64,000 nt of DNA from Paramecium tetraurelia (GCA_000165425.1 CT868640.1:191142-255141), one strand, 5' to 3'. Shown: positions 23,591-37,070, counted from the stretch's first letter. Notes: a model not told the origin generated them from the letters alone. Made by a program: numbers and translations.

Positions 23591-25710
23591 ATGAATCAAG
23601 CGCCAGTTATTTAAGTAAACTCCCCAGTCACATCCTTTTCCAGTCCAGGTTTCAAAGTAAGAATGTAAAGTGATTACATTAGGTATTAAATTAAAACGAA
23701 AAACAATACGCCTATCATTTCGCTAGAGCCTCTTGGGAAGGAGCAAGAATCTGCTATTTCCAGAGATCCTACGAGTCACCAGGCTTGTTTTACATTTTCC
23801 ATAAGATCTTTTCGACTGAAAAACCATAAGCTGTGAAATAGCGTTTATCATAGAGCGGATGGAGTGAAGAAGAAGTTCAATAGTTATTTGCATACATTGC
23901 AGCTGTGTTCCAAAATTGTGGCAACTTCAAAAGCTTTGGAGATTCGAAATTCATACCTGAAATTAGCTAGGATAAGTTTGAACAATTCATTACAACATCA
24001 CCAGGATATTAAGTTGATCAAGTTTGGGAGAATGTTCGTAAATATATCTATAATTATGATAAACCTTATGGTTTGATTGATTTATAGGAAAAGAATGGTT
24101 CAAATTCCTATTATAGCAATAATTTGAAAGGAGAATTGTTGGAGGCTGTGGATAAATTCTTGATTGCTCAAGGTGTTTCTGAATTGAATACAAGAGTTGT
24201 TAAAGTTGAAGAGGAAATTCATGTGTTAGTGGCTTCAGTGAACAAAGGCGAGAAGGAGCTAGGAGAAGTACATAACCACAAGGTTAAACTGGTTTATGGA
24301 GATTTCTCTCCTTTCCTTAACAGTGTTGTGACTCATCTGACATAAGCATTACAATATGCTGCAAATGATAATCAAAAGAATATGATATAAGCTTACATTG
24401 AGCATTTCTAGACTGGAGACGTGGAATTGCACAAATCTTCATAGAGACATTGGATCAAGGATAAGGGACCTGTTATTGAAACAAACATTGGATTTATTGA
24501 AACCTACTTGGACCCACTTAAAGTTCGTGCTGAATGGGAAGGCTTTGTAGCTGTAGTTAATAAAGAAGAAAGTGCTCTCTTAAATGAATTGGTCAATAAA
24601 GCTGAAGATATCATTAAGTATTTGCCTTGGCCAAAAGAATTTGAAGTTGATGTATATAAGAGACCTGACTTTACATCACTAGAAGTTTTGGCATTTGCAA
24701 GTTCAGGTACACCATTAGGTATCAACATTCCTAATTATGATGATATAAGACAAACTGAAGGATTTAAGAATGTTAATTTAGGCAATACAATTGGAAAATT
24801 ATCAAAAGATGCTATTAAATTCTTAGATGAAGCAGATCAAGAGATATTTTATAAATATTAATCTGAAGCTGTTTTTTTGGTTGTTGCACTTCATGAATTG
24901 ATAGGTCATGGTGCTGGTAAAGTGTTCATGAAAGACAAGGATGGCAACTTGAACTTCAATCTTGAAAACACCATTAATCCATTAACTAATCAAAAGGTTG
25001 ATTCTTACTATAATCATGGTGAATAATGGCATTCCAAATTTGGTGAATTCTCTGGTGCCATGGAAGAATGTAAAGCTGATGCTACTGCTTTGTATTTATC
25101 TACATATGATGATGTGGTTAAATTGCTATTACCAAATCAATCAGAGGAAGAAAGGAGAAACACTGTCTTTGCAGGCTGGCTATTTGTTGTTCATCGGGCT
25201 GTCTAAGGATTGGAATTCTATAATCCAGAATAAAAGAAATGGGGTTAAGCACACGTCTTAGCTAGAAATGTTATCTTGCAATCTCTCATTAGAGAAGATC
25301 CAGACATTATCAAAATCACAGAAACTCAATTAAATGGTAAACCATATATCCACTTCAAATTTGATTAATCCAAATTATACACAACAGGTAAGAAAGCCAT
25401 TTCTAATTTAATATTACATTTGTAAGTCTTTAAGTCCATCGGAGCTGGCAATTAAGGTGTTGAGTTCTTCAGTAATTTGGCTGCTGTCAGCGACAAATTC
25501 TTAAATTATAGAAATATTGTAATCTAAAATAAGTTCCCAAGAAGATTAGAAATTCAACCAAACTTAGTTTTAGAAGAGGGACAAGTTAACCTTAAAGAAT
25601 ATGAACCAACATTAGCTGGAATTATTGAATCCTAAGTTGAACATCACTTAGACAATATCGAAACAACCAAAGAATTATTTTTAAATGTATAAAAGTTATT
25701 CTAAAATTGA
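23591..25710 (+). CDS. DPP3: Dipeptidyl peptidase III (peptidase M49)
   Basis: [10 protein letters not shown] (24892), [60 protein letters not shown]. Confidence 0.96.
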
Positions 25711-26652
25711 GATATTCATAAAATAAAAATAATAAAATGAATCCTAATTATAAATCTACAATTTATTGTTAAAATAATTGTATTTTTAATTAATTATTTT
25801 TAGTAGAATTTTAATTAACTTTATACAAAATGATTTAAATGATTATTATTTTTTGTATGAACATCCGCATAAAATAAGTCATCTTAAGTGATTTATCTCT
25901 AATAGAGAAGTCAAACAATTCAGAAGAATTCAAGTGAAGTTTAAGTTCAAATGAGATCCTATATTTATAATTTATTTTATCACTAATATAAAGTATCTAG
26001 TTGATTGGAATTTCTCCAATTTTAAAGAGCAATATTAATATTATTGGTTTCATCATTAATATATAAATTCAATCTCAAATTTTTCACAGTTATTATTTTA
26101 ATTTATATTTACATTTAAATAAATTTTTAAAATAATAGAAAATTAATTCCTATTCAAATTTAGTTATGGCTTAGTTTCAGTCCATCTATATTAGAGAGAA
26201 TCCATAATAATTTAAGGAAAATAATTGCAATCAACAATAATTTTAGGAGTTTTTTATTCTATTATCTAATTATTACATCATAAAACCCTAATTATATCTA
26301 TTTTTCTTTAACACTTGGAAATGATTGAACAAGTGAGGGTTGTTATTTAATTTAATATACGAAAAATATAAAAATTGGAGTTAGCAGCCTATGTCGTTGT
26401 TTAAGTTTTAAATTAATTATTTGTTCTGATATTGTCTGTAATAAATGGGAACTTATTAGAATATATTCGACTCCTAAAATGAAGCATATTTCTATTAGCT
26501 GTAATTTGATATATTTCGATTAAAATTCTATTAGTCCTCCCTTATCAAAAGAACGAAAAAAAGTACTCAAATAAATAATTTAAATGAAACCTATTTCTAT
26601 TGCAGTTCTAATTTCAGTATCACTCTTACTAATTTGTGAAATCCAAAATGAG

Positions 26653-27390
26653 ATGATTAGGTTTCTAATTTTAGTATCTCTCTTACTATTGTTTGCAATC
26701 TCTTTAACTTCGGTTAAAAGCCAAATTGAGATTGGTAGGAAGTTTTTATTGAATTTAATGCAGGAGTTCACAAATTAATATACAGGGATTTCAATTGAGG
26801 GTTTGGATTATTTAGGTATGAGCCAGATATGGGATTTATTTGGAACAAAAATAAGATTTAGCAATATTACTGGATTAAATGTAAATAAATGAGTATTATA
26901 ATAAGGTGGATTAGGATGTAAATCGTGAGGTTCTAAAAATATACGCAACTTCAACTAAAATTGATCTAGTGGTGGCGGAGAATAAACTCATGATCCCTAT
27001 AAAAATGCAAGAGTATTTGCGCATGAATATTTAAGCTTGTCTGTTTCTATCTTCATCAAGGCTGGTTAAAACTAATTGAATTGTACATAGGTCTAGATCG
27101 ATTGTTCGTCTTTTTATTTGGAAGATAATATCTTAAGACAATATTAGGATGTGAATTTCCTAAAGAAATATTTGGATAAGAATTTGATAACAGCACTTAT
27201 TGATCCGAATAAAATTGTGGAATATTTAGCCTAACAATTCTTAAATTCAGGCATGATCAAATCAGTAATCAAGAATTCAGAGATTCCAATAAGAAATCTT
27301 ATCAACAATGCATTAAAAGTATTAATTGATTCGAATATTAAAGAACTATTATCAGGTATTACAAGAATTCTTAAAGTAATTGTAAAATGA
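26653..27390 (+). CDS. Putative secreted protein of unknown function
   Basis: Signal-peptide-like MIRFLILVSLLLLFAISLTSVKS; two short introns (near 26881 and 27065) give an open frame to TGA 27388-27390; alternative in-frame start at 26584. Confidence 0.65.
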
Positions 27391-27596
27391 TGAATTGAAT
27401 CCAAAAGTATTAATAGCTGGTTTAAAAAATGTGCCAATCGCCAGAGTGGAAAATAAGGAATACATCATCAATATCAAAAAGATTTAGACAACGAAAAGCT
27501 TTAACTTTTTTTGAATTCTACTATTTTTTATATGTCTGATTGATTACCTCTAAATTTTTTATCAAAGAGTTTATTTTTGATTATTAATTTAAACAA

Positions 27597-29167
27597 ATGA
27601 TTGATTATTCGTACCTAGCTCCGCCAAAAGAGGCTAATGATATTGTTCACTCTAGTATAGAATCAGACCTTAATTTTTAGACCATTATGTGAAGCATCAA
27701 GAGTAGGAGAAGGGAGTTAGGAAAATCTACGAAACAGTTGTTTATGATTAGTTTGAAATGGAGAAGGTGAAGGAACTTAAGGAGGAGATTAAGAAATAGA
27801 AAATAATACTCTCTTCTGAGTAGAAATATCTTTATATTAGATTAGTTGGAAAGAAAGCGATTATTTAAGAATAAGCTATGCTGGAAGATTTGATAAAAAG
27901 ACAGTGATTAAAGTATACTGTTGTTTATAAACAAGAAACTTCAATAACATATAGCTTGGAGATGTAATAAGATTTATCACGAAATCAACTCTCATTCAGA
28001 ATCATTTTTAAAGGAAGGAATCTGTTATCTTTTGGGTAGAGATAAATAATACAGACCTATTGTCGTATTGAATGCCCATTAAATTGATTAAAAAAAAGTA
28101 TATAATTCCACCTCTATATGATTAGCATGATAAGGAATAGATCTTTTAAGCTTTGTCATGTCTCTTAGGAATAGTAAAAAAAAATATGTTTGTTCCAGGC
28201 AAGGTGGAAACCTGGGTCTTTCTATTAGAGACTAATAACCTGGGAGGTCAGGGTTTGTAATAAAAAGTCTTGGAAGTATTGATCGATAATTTGAGCACTA
28301 ATTTTTCAGGTTACCTTGAAAGAATGTTTGTTTTAAATCCTTCAAGTGGAATCAACTTTTTATGGCAATAAATTAAAGCCTTTTTGGACGAAGAAACTAT
28401 TAATAAAATTAGTTTCCTCCCATCTAAAGAAATTAAATAATTAAAAGAATTTATTGAACCAAATTAATTAGAAGAAAAATTCGGAGGCACTCACCCTAAT
28501 TTAACAAAATTTTGGTATTCCTCTATTTTAATTAAGGCCACCTTACAATTTGGATTTACCTGATGGATATACAAAGAAGGATAACAAAACTAATTAAAAA
28601 TAGAATATGAAAATTTCAAATATGAAGATAGAAGAAGAAGAAGAAAATGATCCATATGATTAAGTCGACTTTAATCTCAATGATTTTATGAAATAGTAAC
28701 AACAGATTTATTATTCCATTTCTAATAAGCCATAGTAATCAATTCAAATCGAAGATAAACCTGAAAATCCAAGATAGGATTAATCAGAAGATAATCCATA
28801 AATAGACTCTAAATAACCGCATAATTAAGCTTAATCTAATAATCAAAAACCTATTTTAGATGAGCCTGAATAACCTGAATTATAGCAACAAGTATTCAAT
28901 CAGGAAGAGGAAAAAAAATAAAATATCCCTTAGAATTATGAAATCAAAGAAAGCACTGAGTAAGTGATTTTAACTGAAAGATAAAAAAATTAGCAATAAT
29001 AAGGAAATGACAATGAATAAGATAAATTGTCGCCTAGTGATTAGTAATAGTTTAACTCTACTGGAAATAAACTAAACGAAGAAAATAATCCAGATAATAT
29101 TCCTATTTAGCGTTTGGATCCTGTGAATAATGACAAAGGATGTTGTGCCAAATGTGAAATATTTTGA
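27597..29167 (+). CDS. CRAL-TRIO/Sec14 lipid-binding protein with acidic Q-rich tail and CaaX end
   Basis: GRDKQYRPIVVL, FVPGKVETWVFLLE, NFSGYLERMFVLNP, IKAFLDEETINKISF, QLEEKFGGTHPN; ends GCCAKCEIF-stop. Confidence 0.88.
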
Positions 29168-29604
29168 TATTAAAATACATTTATAATACTAATATCTTGT
29201 AATTTAATCAGATATTTAAGAAATGGAGATAAACTTTAGCATCTACAAATCAAAGATTTATTTTAAAGTTATTAAATTTGATAATTATATCTCGCATTTT
29301 CTTGCATTTATCAACAACAAATATCAATCTATTGAGTATTTACTAATAAATAACATCTAATTAAAAAAGAATTATTTGACATTTTTGATCAATCTTCTAA
29401 TATTATCAAAGCTTATCCCAGGTCTATTTGATAATTTGAAAATTTCCAAGTGTGCTAAAATATTAATTAATAGATTGATGTAAATTTCTTTATTATATAT
29501 ATTCTATCATCTCAAATAATTATCAACTTATAAAAGAAAATTAATAAAAGAAATTATTGAAGCTTCAAATGGTACAGAAATATATATGATTAATAATTTA
29601 ATAT

Positions 29605-30192
29605 ATGAATATAACTCAATAGTCTGAAGAAACTCATTAATCTGAAGAAATTAATTAGTCTGAATAGATTAATTAATCTGAAGAAATTAATTAATCTAAA
29701 GAGATTAATTAGTCTGAAGAGATTCAATAATCTGAAGAAACTCGATAGTCCGAATAAGAGGCGTTTATTAAAATCACAAAAAATGTTAGCTAGGTGGGCC
29801 TTGATGATGAAGGCACATTTAAATACATATTAATTTTATTGACAGGGAATAATAATCAAGAATTTTATTTTGTTAGAGGTTTAAAAAAATATGGATATCA
29901 TGCTTAAAACTTTGAACACTTTTGCAATGAAGTAAAAAATAACTTGAAATGGTCAGATTTCAATTTTGATTTAGAGGAAGGAAAAATTAAATTGTAATTG
30001 GATGGACATAAATTCAAATTCAAATGTTTAGGAGGTGGTAGAATCAAACATTCATTTATTGGATAAAGTATAGAAATATATGGATACTCTTGGTTGTATG
30101 GACAATGTGATCATAAAATTTCTTTAAATGCGATAAGAACTGTTTATCCTTACTTAGATTCAAATGTAATTACAAGAAACGATGGCTATTGA
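29605..30192 (+). CDS. PHPT1: Janus/Ocnus family 14-kDa phosphohistidine phosphatase-like protein
   Basis: VGLDDEGTFKYILI, FVRGLKKYGYHAQNF, KCLGGGRIKH, IEIYGYSWLYGQCDH, NDGY-stop. Confidence 0.88.
29620..29760 (+). repeat. 18-bp coding tandem repeat, 8 units, encoding QSEEIN-like hexapeptides
   Basis: Units such as taatctgaagaaattaat, tagtctgaatagattaat, tagtctgaagagattcaa. Confidence 0.92.
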
Positions 30193-30212
30193 TAATAACA
30201 AAAATATTTATT

Positions 30213-31810
30213 TCATTAAATAAATGGATTTATGTGTCCACCATTTGCTTAATACAAATGAGTTCCTATTCCAAATTATTTATGATTATTTAATGGTTCT
30301 ATGTTTTTCTTTAAATTCCACAATTAACATGACAATGCAATCTTCAGAAAAATCACAAAGTAGCTAACCAGAATTGTTATTCTCTAAGATGTTATTAACT
30401 CAGATTCTGATTATGGATTTTCTGATTTATTTTGATTCCACCAAACCTATTAATTAACTATAAATAATACTCCTGAATAGGCAGCCAACCAAGACACATC
30501 ATATAACAATGTCAAAATTATGAGAATTGCAAATATATTTAAATGGTTCTTCTCAAAATAATTCAGAAACACAATCAAAGAAGTGCATAATGCAATAGTA
30601 ATATTAACAAAGTCAGTTTTCACCCAACATAGATAAATACTACTAAGCACATATAAGAGAATAAAGATGGCTGTTAATTTCATATCCTTGGTAACATGAT
30701 CGTAACCATAATTAGCTTTTTACTTGAGATCGTGTCTTGCTGGATAATCAATCTCTGGATGTACTGTAGTTACACTTTCAGGTGCCTGATTCAATATTTG
30801 TAAGACCCTACTATCACTCAATTATGGAGTTTTGTAAACTGTCAAATCTACCTTCTTATCTCCCTGATAGATTATTGGCTTAGAGAATTCATGAACAAAC
30901 ATCAATTAAGGTGCATCAGGAACGATTAGTCTTTTTGGTTGCAATATTCCATTCTAAAAAGGAGAATAAAGGATCTTCAAATCACTTTCATATTGATTCT
31001 TCTCTTCCTGTTGATTCAGTATTTATTGCTGCATTACTTATTGTGCTTACTCATAGAACATTGACTAATAATAGTCCTTAAGATAATACTTCATCAAGTA
31101 ATAATTGTAGTTCCAATTGCAAACTACCACTACCCATCGAACCATGGCGATCATAAATATTGAACCATTGATTATGTTTCATTTGATCTTCCAATTCTCT
31201 TAATCCAAAATGAACCTCTCCTATTAAATTGCTTTTATTATTTGTACTATCCAATGTTAATATTGATATATAGGTTTGTTCATTTCCAGTCTTAATGGGA
31301 CTTTAAATATATACAGGATTCTTACAATACAAAGGTCTCATCCCAAATTGGATTAAGAATGTCATTGTGTGCTAAACGAGAACTCTTTTTCTCTTAATTG
31401 AAATGCACAACAACATAAGGTTTGTTTGTGGCATTAATCAATCCCTAATGTAGATTCTTAGCTCCAATTACACGGATCTATAAAATTTGAGATCGATTCT
31501 TATTTGTTAATTTTGCCAACTCTTCTGTTTGATTCACAATAAATTGATTTGCTTTGTTGATTTTTTCATTCAATACTATGTCTGCTTATATAACAATTTC
31601 AATGAAATCTTCAATCTTAACCAGTCCTTTGAAATTGGTTGGGCAATGTTGAAATAATTCATCTGCCAATTCTCTATCAAATTATTGTTAGGCCATATTA
31701 TCTAAAATACGTAAAAGAGATGTTTTTGTCACAATAAAGAACGGTTCAAATCCTTTACATTGAAAACAGGCAGTGAGATAATCTTTAGCTTATTGTTATT
31801 TATTGCTCAT
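30213..31810 (-). CDS. C2-domain protein with N-terminal EF-hand-like region and C-terminal multi-pass membrane domain
   Basis: GLVKIEDFIEIV; LQIRVIGAKNL..KPYVVVHF..NPIWDETFVF; C-terminal hydrophobic helices (30330-30683); TGA 30213-30215. Confidence 0.8.
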
Positions 31811-32343
31811 TAACTGTTATTTAAAAATATTTCTTGAGTATAAAAGCAATCAATTACACTAAGCTAATACAAAAATAATATTACAAATCAATTGATCTTA
31901 TCAAAAAAATAATACTAGTATTAAATATGTTGGAAAAGCATAAAAATTATATAATTAGATACAACATACATATCACAATTCAGAACTTTATTAACTATAA
32001 TTTTAATAATGAGATTCATTAAGTTTATGATTATTCTATTATTAGATTCAGGATTATACACGAACTACACCATAATTTGAGCTATTGGGGTTTTTTGAAT
32101 AGTCGTGGATTTAACAAACCAGACAGTAAGGATGCTCTATTACATTACTGATCGCAAATTTGCAGAGTAGAATCAATCCTATAAAATAATAATATTCAAT
32201 TACTTCTCCTGAAATACTCTTTTTTCAAATAGAATTTCCTTATGAAAAGGGGATTCTTGCTGCAACTTTAGTAATATTTAGACAATTTTTATTTATCTTA
32301 ATTCTACTTGAATATATATATAGATATAAAAATTAATTAAATT

Positions 32344-34472
32344 TCATTTAGGTTCTTCTTGATTGGATTTGTTGAATTACTATTCCTATGCCTTCACGTA
32401 ATATTAAGGTTGATAATAAGATTGTTACATCCAATAGTTTTACTATAGACCTTGGGATAGATTTATAGATTAACCTATAGGTTAATATATAATCTAGGGA
32501 TAGAGAATTTAAACAGGAATTTATTATTAGTATTACTATTGATTTTCGAAATCATATTGACTATTGACAAGATTAAACTAATCACCTAAAAATAGTTAAG
32601 ATGTTTAAAGTGGTTAAGCCTATTATGATTAAGGTATTGATTATCTAAGCGATGATGAAATGTTTAATCTTTGTTGTTATTATTACTATTATTACATTTA
32701 TGATTGTTATACTTATTAAGCCTATTGTGCTTATTATTATTATTGCTATTACTACTATTATTACTATTATTGTTATTGATGTTATTAATGTTACAACATT
32801 TATTATTGCTATTGAACTTAAGCTTAGGTTGAAGACCCATGAACTTTATTTATTACTTCTTACAAATACTACTAAGGAATCATAAAAATGTTGGATTGCT
32901 CAAAATCTACAATGCCAAATTAACAATCTTCGACATCTTAGGCTGTTAGATTTGTAATGGCTTCAACTTCAAATTCTACTTAATTTGCTTGGAAATTGAG
33001 AATCATTGAATCGTAATACTAATCAAATTACAATTAATTTGTTTCGTTTTCTAATGGATAAATTATGAATGTTACCTTATGGCTTTAAAATTTATTTGAG
33101 GAGATTTATGGTGCAATTCTAATCCAAATCCTACTTATTCACTAATTTCTTTATTTATTGATCCAAATCAATTTTGATTTTCTCCATAGTATCAAGAAAT
33201 CTTTATTTATTGTTAGCCTCTTCGTTTTTTTATTGAATTTAATCAATTTAACTTTCCTACTTGACTTTTTATTGTTTTTCATATAATTATTCTTGTTGCA
33301 TTTATTAATCAGTAATTAATGTGCTTACTCTAATTTATTTCCCAGTACTCTCACTTAATCTATCAATAACCTAAAGTATTATCTTTAATTCCTTAGGATC
33401 TATATCTTCATACAAATGAACTAAGTTATCAGCTTAATAGATATGATTATGCTATTATAATAAATCTACAATTTCTTATTGGATTTCTTCTTTGACTTCT
33501 GGTTATTTATTTCTTTCTTTTTTCATAATAGTGTGATATCTATTTTTTAAGGAATTCTCAGTTCTTGTATTTTTCATAATTTTTGATATTTCTGACCACT
33601 TCTTTCCTTTTTTTAAAATCAATTACAATAAAGTTAACTCCTCCTCCTTAGTCCATGGTCCTCTAAAAAAGTATAAGTAAAATATTACTTTGATATTTGT
33701 GGATCTAATTTATTGATCCATCTTTCTCTACATTGCTTGCCTTATCTAACAATTTGGGTTTTGCATCTCAAAGCAATTTCTTTGGCAATTTCACTCCACT
33801 TACTGTGTTTACCTTGCTTTTGATACTCCATGTAAATTTGAGCCAATGCCTCATCCTCTTCTTTGCTCCATGGGACTTAGACTAGTTTAAATTTAGATCG
33901 AGCCAACCATTTATACTTACATTAGGTTGCATTTCTGCCTACTATCAATTAAGCAATGTATCTCCAATCTTAGTCATTCTATATTTAAGTTGAAGACTTA
34001 CAAGCTCCTTACAAACTTTGTTTTTCCATAGACAATATCTAATAATAATCCATGTTAAAAATTATTTCTCATTATCTTTCCATTTCTTTTTGTTCTGACG
34101 ACCTTGGATTCTGCATAAATAGTACAATGAAGATTACTTGCTCATCGACTTTTGAAACATCTACTCCAAATCATCCTCAGTTGGCCACTCCATGTCAGCT
34201 GGAAAGTCTATTCTTTCCTTAGCATTGTCCGCCTCAATTTCTAGTTATGAAGTCGATCTCATAAATTCCTTGAAGTTTCTTTGCACCTGCTCCAAAGGCC
34301 AAACTACAACTCAATCACATTTTTACTAATAAGATCTTCTTAATCTAAATTCAGACTAGCTGCAAGTGATTCTCCAGCACCATTTTCCGCCATACTTCTG
34401 AGTTCTAAAATCAGAATAATAATTACATTATAGAGTGATATCGTCTATTTTCTTCTCTTATTTCTAATTCAT
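32344..34472 (-). CDS. Myb-like DNA-binding protein with poly-Q C-terminal region
   Basis: KKWKDNEKQFL, GRNATQCKYKW, VPWSKEEDEAL..KWSEIAKEI..RQGKQCRERWINKLDP, GPWTKEEEL..GKKWSEISK..RTENSLKNRY; six short introns; TGA 32344-32346. Confidence 0.9.
32680..32820 (-). repeat. Poly-glutamine tract (TAA/TAG/CAA codons) inside the Myb gene
   Basis: Plus strand (tta/ttg/cta)n reads as in-frame Gln codons on the minus strand. Confidence 0.85.
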
Positions 34473-34499
34473 TTTAATTATAATATAGATATATAAATC

Positions 34500-35850
34500 A
34501 CTTGTTATACTTTTGAGCTGCTTCTTTCCCAAGTTTCCATATTCAATCAAAATCACGGATTAATGATTATTCAAAAGAAGTGATTGATTTATGAACTTCC
34601 CATTTCCAGAATAAGAGATATGGATTCACAACCTATATCTATATTAGTGATCGTTTCGTCATTCGTCTCAACTTTATTGTATTGTGATGGTACGATCTAT
34701 TGATTATACTAGGTTTTTAATCCCTCCCTCTCAAAATAAGCCAACGAAGATATTGTTTTTCACTATCTATGAAATAATTAATAAAATTTAATTACGACTT
34801 ATAAAAGTTCCAGATTCGATTTAAGTCCCTGCCCTTCATTTACAACAAAGATCGATAACATAGTTATTGATATTGATTAAATTAAGTCTCTATTGAATGT
34901 TCCTATTTTTTTCAATATAACCAATTGTTTATTCAATAGTTCTGTCAGATCTTCAATTTTATTTCAAACTTTAAGTTGTCTTTCACATCTTTTAAAAGAT
35001 TTCATCTATTATTGCTTGACCTGCATTATCAGCCTTCAAAACTGTTTTATCATTATATTTAGGTTTACATTCCAAGGTACTAAATCAAACTTTACTAAGC
35101 TTTTCTTTGAATCTTTAAATTGTTATTTCATTAATAATTTAATGATAATTTAAATTTATACTTAAAAATGGCTTATCATTTTGATCATCAATAGAATAGG
35201 AATGATAATTTTCACTTTTACAATTGTTTTTTGTCCTTTTCTAATTTATAATTTTGGTAAAATTATTTTCATTCCCAGAATACATTTAATTAAATTTCCT
35301 TAGAGGGTCTAAAGAACAGCACACTTTTACAAATAATTTGTATCTTATTGGCCTCACCTATATGATAAACTTATTGTGTTTTAGTATCTCAAATATTTTG
35401 AATTTTTTTCAATTTATTTAAGTTCAGTTTTCCATATCACCTTTTACTATGTGAATGATTTGGAGAAGGAATTTATGTATTAAATAATATTCTATTTTTC
35501 ATAACAGAAATAAATCCTTATCTTCTCTGCATTCCAAGTTCATAAAGAAGTGGCCTTTAACTATAGAAATTGAATTTTGATCAAAATTCTCATACATACC
35601 ATCATCCTTTATTTAATCATCCATAATTTTTTACTTAGATTTGATAAGTAGATTATGAGAAAATATCTTATAGATCATTATCTTAAATTTAACGTAAGAA
35701 TCACGGCCAGGGACTCTTAGGTTTAATCAAAGGTGAATCTAAGGATGCCAACAAAAATCTATTAGTTAATTGAAATCTAATCATATTATATTAGTTGTTA
35801 TCCAAAATTAGACCATTAGAATTAGTTTTTATTGACGATTATTTGATAAA
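34500..35850 (-). pseudogene. Probable decayed gene of unknown family
   Basis: Coding-like stretches with intron-like remnants; all three frames are blocked by TGA around 34950-35010 and further TGAs follow. Confidence 0.4.
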
Positions 35851-35948
35851 CATTAAAATAAATGATATGTTATTCTAACTTTATCTATCTTTATGCCCAA
35901 TTACAAAATTCAAATATTATTTTATTTATAACAGTTTCCAAATTGAAA

Positions 35949-37034
35949 ATGAAACAAATCATATCTAATGTTTCAGATAATTTCCTCACAGAACCTCGCT
36001 CCTCATAATAATCATGCCATGTTATCAAATCAAAGCCTCTCATAACATATACACCTCTACAAGTAAACAAACCCCAAAATTTGATTCAATCCTTAAATGG
36101 ATTATGCAAGTACTTTAATAAAAAAGATGAGATGAAGTAGATAACTTATTTTGCTCCTAAAAGTGTTTAGAGATCCTCTGCATCTTTATCTCCAAGATAA
36201 ATCATTACAAATAGCATCTCAGATAACAGTCCTGTATTGGTCAAACAACTCCTTTGCAGCTAAAAGTATCTGAAAGAGAATCTCAATCCCAAAGAGGGAA
36301 TCAGCATTACCGAATTTAAATCAGTAACTCAATTAATGTTACCTTTTTAGGATCAGAAATTAATGAAAGTTAATGATAGTAGTCATAAGAGAAGTATGGG
36401 TAGATTCGCCAAAAATCAGAAATCCAGAAATGCTTCTGTTCAATATCATGAAGACTGGAAATCGAAATATGAGGACTTATAACAGAGCTTATGCCAACGC
36501 ATTCAATAATTAGAAAATGAACTTGAGGATATGGAGAAGAATAGGAAGATCGACAGGATGCACTCTGACGAATAAACAAACTAATACATCGAACAATTAC
36601 AATCTATTATTGCAGAGAAAGATCAAGTGATTTATTAAATGGATTAAAAACATTAAGAATTAGAATAGATAATTCAAAAGCAATAAGAAGAACTTGATAA
36701 ATACCAATAATAAGATAAACCTAGATATTGTGATAATCTCGAAATTAAAAGATTGTACATGGTAGATTAATAATTTCAAAAATTAAAAGGATAGCTTCCT
36801 GTATTAGCATCTACACTTCGGAATATAGAACAAATATTGGATACATCATAAGCTTAATAAAATAATCTGTCTTTGTCTTCAGTTTCTGTGGTTGAGATGA
36901 TTAATGAAATGAACCAAGGCATTGGACTTGGTATTCAAAACTCAAATCGAAATAATGAGTTATTGTTTCGCAACATTTCTGAAAGCAAACCATTCAATTT
37001 GTCTGATATTTTATCAAGAAAAAAGCAATAATGA
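35949..37034 (+). CDS. Hypothetical coiled-coil protein
   Basis: Continuous code-6 frame of 362 codons; central EDWKSKYEDLQQSLCQRIQQLENELEDM heptads. Confidence 0.8.
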
Positions 37035-37070
37035 TTTCAATTTATTTATTATATTTATATAACTACATAC

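Noticed and set aside
29223..29600. Long open frame upstream of the PHPT1-like gene
   Set aside because: With TGA as the only stop, long AT-rich open frames arise by chance; the translation has no recognisable features
29620..29760. Periodic repeat considered as a CRISPR-like array
   Set aside because: Contiguous 18-bp units with no spacers, in frame within a eukaryotic CDS
32652..32885. Hydrophobic Ile-rich ORF in the supplied track
   Set aside because: Antisense shadow of the Myb poly-Q tract
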